Origin: Blastocystis sp. Blastoise
Taxonomy: Eukaryota; Protista; Bigyra: Opalinata
DNA length: 33,309 bases
NCBI GenBank assembly: GCA_039096225.1
Contig: JBBPEB010000016.1
Location: 1-33,309, forward strand
Reading direction: 5' to 3'
Below the pieces are notes generated by a model that had not been told where the DNA came from, did no database searches, and saw nothing but the letters and a program-made list of their open reading frames with translations. The translations under genes and the position numbers were made by a program. Shown piece by piece: positions 29,473-33,309 of the stretch. How positions within the stretch are numbered: position 1 is the first letter of the stretch; each line of letters starts with the position of its first letter.

Positions 29473-31193
29473 GAGTTACGGCCGCCATTGACTGCTGTTT
29501 ATATCAAAAGCATTTAACTTTTGAATTTAACTACACAGCATTTGGCAGATGTCAGACCATATACATCATCTTTCGATTTAGCATAGTCTTGTGTTTTTAT
29601 TAAACAGTCGCTACCCCCTATTGTGTGCCTCCTATAAATAATTAATTTATAGGAACTTCTTCTCCCGAAGTTACGAAGTCATTTTGCCTAGTTCCTTCGC
29701 TATGATTATCTCTACGCCTTAGTATTTTCTACTAATCCACCAGTGTCGGTTTTAGTACGGTTTGAATTAATATTTATTTCGCGTAACTATCAATACAAAA
29801 ATAAAAACAATACTCTATTTTTTAAAATTGTATTCATAATTTTTAAAAATATATTAATATAACTCATCAATAAAAATTCTCATATTTATCTTAGAGACCG
29901 TATATTATAAAAAACTTTATTTTTATTTTAAAAACCTTGGATTTTCGGCGACAATGTTTTGTTACATTGTTTATTCTACTTATACCAGCATTATCACTTT
30001 TGATACTAAATTAAAATTTTTCAATTCTAACTTTTAAGCATACAAAACGTTCTGCTACCATTTAATCTAAAATTAAATTTGCTGTTTCGGCATTATTCTT
30101 TAGTCTCTATACATCTTCGGAATATATAAACTAGACCAATGAGCAATTACGCTTTCTTTAAAGAATGGCTGCTTCTGAGCCTATCTTTTGGTTGTCATTA
30201 TTTATATAAATCCTTATACGATAAGAATAAATTTAGAGGCCTTAACATACAATCTGGGCTGTTTCCCTCTCGACTTTGAATCTTAGCACTCAAAGTCTGT
30301 TTGCCAAAATTAATATATAATGTATTTGAAGTTTCATTAAAATTAGTAAGACCATAATGGCCCCCCTTTTTTATCGAGTTCTCTACCCCATTATATTAAA
30401 TTTTGACACTCTACCTAAATAGATTTCGCAGAAAGCCAGCTATCTTCAAGTTTGATTAGCCTTTCACCCCTAACCACAAATCATCTCAATCTTTTGCAAC
30501 AGATACGAGTTCGGTCTTCGTTTAACTTTTACATTAAAGTCAACCTATTCATAGTTAGATCACTTGATTTCGGGTCTTATTAATTTAACTTAAAATTTTA
30601 TTTAAATTTGCTTTCACTACGCCTATTTCTATCGAATTAAGCTTGCTAAATTAATAAAGTTGCTGGTCCATTATACAAAAGGTACATTGTCACTATTTTA
30701 AGCTCCAATTGTTATAGAGCATTAGATTTCAGGTTCTATTTCACTATAATATATAAATAAGCTTTTTCACCTTTCCTTCACAGTACTTGTTCACTATCGG
30801 TTATTTATTTTATTTAGGCTTAGAGGATGGTCCCCCTATATTCAAACAGAATTTCACGTGTTCCGTTTTACTTAATACAATTTATTAATTTCATAGAAAC
30901 TGGTCTTTTAATACCATCTTTGGATTTATTCTATAAAATTTCATAAAAATTTGAGCCTGATTCGTGTTCGTTCGCCACTACTTACGAAATTTCGTTTGAT
31001 ATCTTTTCTATAGTTACTTAGATGTTTCAGTTCACTATATTTTAGTTATTCTTGTATAAAAAACTTTTCATTTTGAAAAGGTTTCCCCTCAGGAATCTTA
31101 TGGTATGATTACATTAATTAGCCATAAATTTTCGATAAAACGTCCATAAATAAATACCTAGGCATCCTTCTAATGCTCTTTGTACTTAAATGC
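28545..31193 (-). rRNA. rnl: large subunit rRNA, mirror copy
   Basis: Reverse complement of 22066-24714. Confidence 0.97.
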
Positions 31194-31201
31194 TAATGTT
31201 A

Positions 31202-31268
31202 TATCAAGGTTAGGGATTGAACCTAAATAATTAGGGCATGAGCCTAAGTAGCTACCTAGCACCTTGAT
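31202..31268 (-). tRNA. trnfM: tRNA-fMet(CAU), mirror copy
   Basis: Reverse complement of 21991-22057. Confidence 0.8.
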
Positions 31269-31269
31269 T

Positions 31270-31341
31270 TAGGTAATAATGGACTTGAACCATTAACTTC
31301 TTCGTTGTAAGCGAAATACTCTACCATTGAGTTAATTACCT
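31270..31341 (-). tRNA. trnV: tRNA-Val(UAC), mirror copy
   Basis: Reverse complement of 21918-21989. Confidence 0.93.
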
Positions 31342-31363
31342 TATAAGTCTTTAGTTTTTTTAA

Positions 31364-31962
31364 ATATAATAATTCCAGCCACATGTTCCCATACGGCTAC
31401 CTTGTTACGACTTCATTAAAATCAAAATTTTTATAGTAATATTAATAATATGTTGTATTATCAATATTTCGTACAAAAATAATTTTTCTAATGTGACGGG
31501 CGGTGTGTACAAGGCTCAAGTACATATTCACCGTGCCGTTCTAATGCACGATTACTAGCGATTCCAACTTCATATAGATGAATTTCAATCTATAATCCGA
31601 ACTTTGTTTTTCTTTAAAGATTTGCTCCTATTCTCATAATTGCATCTTTTTGTTAAAAACATTGTAACACATGTGTAGCCCAGTTCATAAGGGTCATAAT
31701 GACTTGGCATTCATCTCATAATATATTTAAATTTAACTTTTAAATTAAAGTAATTATAATTTACTTCTTTTTTAAAATCGTGATTTAAATAAGAGGTTGC
31801 GCTCGTTAAAAGAATGAACTTAACATTTCACAACACGAGCTGACGACAGCCATGCAACACCTGTAATTTATAATTATTATTTTTTTGAAATAATAACGTT
31901 AAAACTAAATTAAGTCAAGAACTGGTAAGATTTTACGCGGGTTATCGGATTAAACCACATGT

Positions 31963-32013
<51 letters not shown>

Positions 32014-32825
32014 TTTTACTTCCCAGGCGGAATATTAATACGTTAACTAAACTACTGCAAAAAAATTTACAATAATTAATATTCATAGTTTACAGCATGG
32101 ACTACTAGGGTATCGAATCCTATTTGCTCCCCATGCTTTCGTTAATCAACGTCAGTTTTTTACTAGATAATTGCCTTCGCCAAATGGCATTCTTTTTGAT
32201 ATCTTTGGATTTCACCCCTCCTGTCAAAAATTCTATTATCCTGTAATAAACTCTAAATTTTCAGTATTAAAAATTCTTTCAAAGTTAAGCTTTGGAATTT
32301 CCTTTTTAACTTAAAAAATCGTCTCAAAACACTTTACGCCCAGTAAATACGAATAACGCTCGCCCCCTCTGTATTACCGCGGCTGCTGGCACAGAGTTTG
32401 CCGGGACTTCTTATATAAAGGTCATAATCCTAAATATAATTTAAGTTTTACAGTAACAAAACATTCATCACTTACGTAGTATTGCTGGATCAAACTTTCG
32501 TTCATTGTCCAATATTCCTCACTGCTGCCTCGTTAGAGTTCGGACCTTATTTCAATTCCGATGTGACTGATCGTTCGCAAAAACCAGCTAAGGATTGTTG
32601 GCTTGGTAATCTTTTACATTACCAACTACCTAATCCTAGAAAAAACTAATCTAAAGGCGAAAAAATCTTTAAATATTCAATATTCCATTGATCCTTTAGG
32701 TAGAAATTTTTTCATTTACTCACCCGTACGCCATGTCTTTTTAAAAAACAAAAAAACATTCGACTTGCATGTGTTCAAGCATACTACTAGCGTTTATTCG
32801 GAGCCAGGATTAAACTCTAAAATTT
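31364..32825 (-). rRNA. rns: small subunit rRNA, mirror copy
   Basis: Reverse complement of 20434-21895. Confidence 0.97.
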
Positions 32826-32892
32826 CTTCCTTCTCCAATATATATATAAATATTAATGGGATAATTTAAAAAAATAATCCCAAAAACTTATA

Positions 32893-32965
32893 AGCGTTCT
32901 ATCAGAATCGAACTGATACAAAACAATTTAGAAGACTGTTACTCTGTCCATTAAGCTAAGAACGC
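32893..32965 (-). tRNA. trnR: tRNA-Arg(UCU), mirror copy
   Basis: Reverse complement of 20294-20366. Confidence 0.92.
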
Positions 32966-32982
32966 TATTGAAAATTATAAAA

Positions 32983-33309
32983 TTAATCTATTAAAAATAC
33001 AGCATTTTCAATATTTCTAGATAATTGTTGATATACTAATTGATATCTTCTAATATTTTTATTGGTTCTTCTACTTAAAATAATAGAACCCATTATACCA
33101 ATTAATAATACAAAACCAGCTAAAATAAAATAAAAAGCATAATTAGTAAATAAAGTTTGTCCTATAACTTTAATATTACTAATTTCATTGATAATTGAAA
33201 ACCAATTAAATAAATTTTCATTATCAGATGTAAATATAGTTATTATATTATTATCTAATAATATATTTACAAATAAAGTTACAAATATTATTATACTTAT
33301 AAAAGGTAT
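32983..33309 (-). CDS. nad6: nad6 3' half, open at the window edge (may be the intact copy continuing outside)
   Basis: Reverse complement of 19950-20276; the reading frame is open up to base 33309. Confidence 0.8.
   Translation of the reverse strand: MPFISIIIFVTLFVNILLDNNIITIFTSDNENLFNWFSIINEISNIKVIGQTLFTNYAFYFILAGFVLLIGIMGSIILSRRTNKNIRRYQLVYQQLSRNIENAVFLID

Larger units (their letters stand above)
19950..33309. repeat. giant spacer-less inverted repeat (palindrome), arms of at least 6680 bp
   Basis: Position x mirrors 53259-x: identical nad4 proteins at 24887-26350(+) and 26909-28372(-). The window end ATAAAAGGTAT is the reverse complement of 19950-19960. Centre TAATTAAA|TTTAATTA. Confidence 0.99.

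Noticed and set aside
1-33309. Bacterial endosymbiont or plastid origin; CRISPR or mobile elements
   Set aside because: The gene set is exclusively mitochondrial-type with scrambled operon remnants. No rpo or photosynthesis genes, repeat-spacer arrays, transposases or introns were seen.

Overview
Very AT-rich, intron-free protist mitochondrial (or mitochondrion-related organelle, MRO) DNA read with the standard genetic code. The gene blocks are stramenopile-like: nad11-nad1-nad4L, rps14-rps8-rpl6-rps2, and rps13 divergent from rpl2-rps19-rps3-rpl16. Bases 1-26629 are non-redundant. They hold nine intact complex I genes plus only the 3' half of nad6, 16 ribosomal protein genes, an unassigned 163-aa ORF, rns, rnl, a divergent 5S rRNA, 21 complete tRNAs and the 5' end of a probable trnP cut by the window start. 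No cox, cob, atp or tatC gene is visible. Bases 19950-33309 form a spacer-less palindrome of about 13.4 kb centred at 26629/26630 (x mirrors 53259-x). It duplicates the nad6 3' half, trnR, rns, trnV, trnfM, rnl, trnY, nad4, trnK and trnS. My best reading is a complex-I-only (anaerobic-type) organelle genome with terminal inverted repeats and a hairpin or fused end. A partial assembly or a fold-back artefact cannot be excluded from sequence alone.
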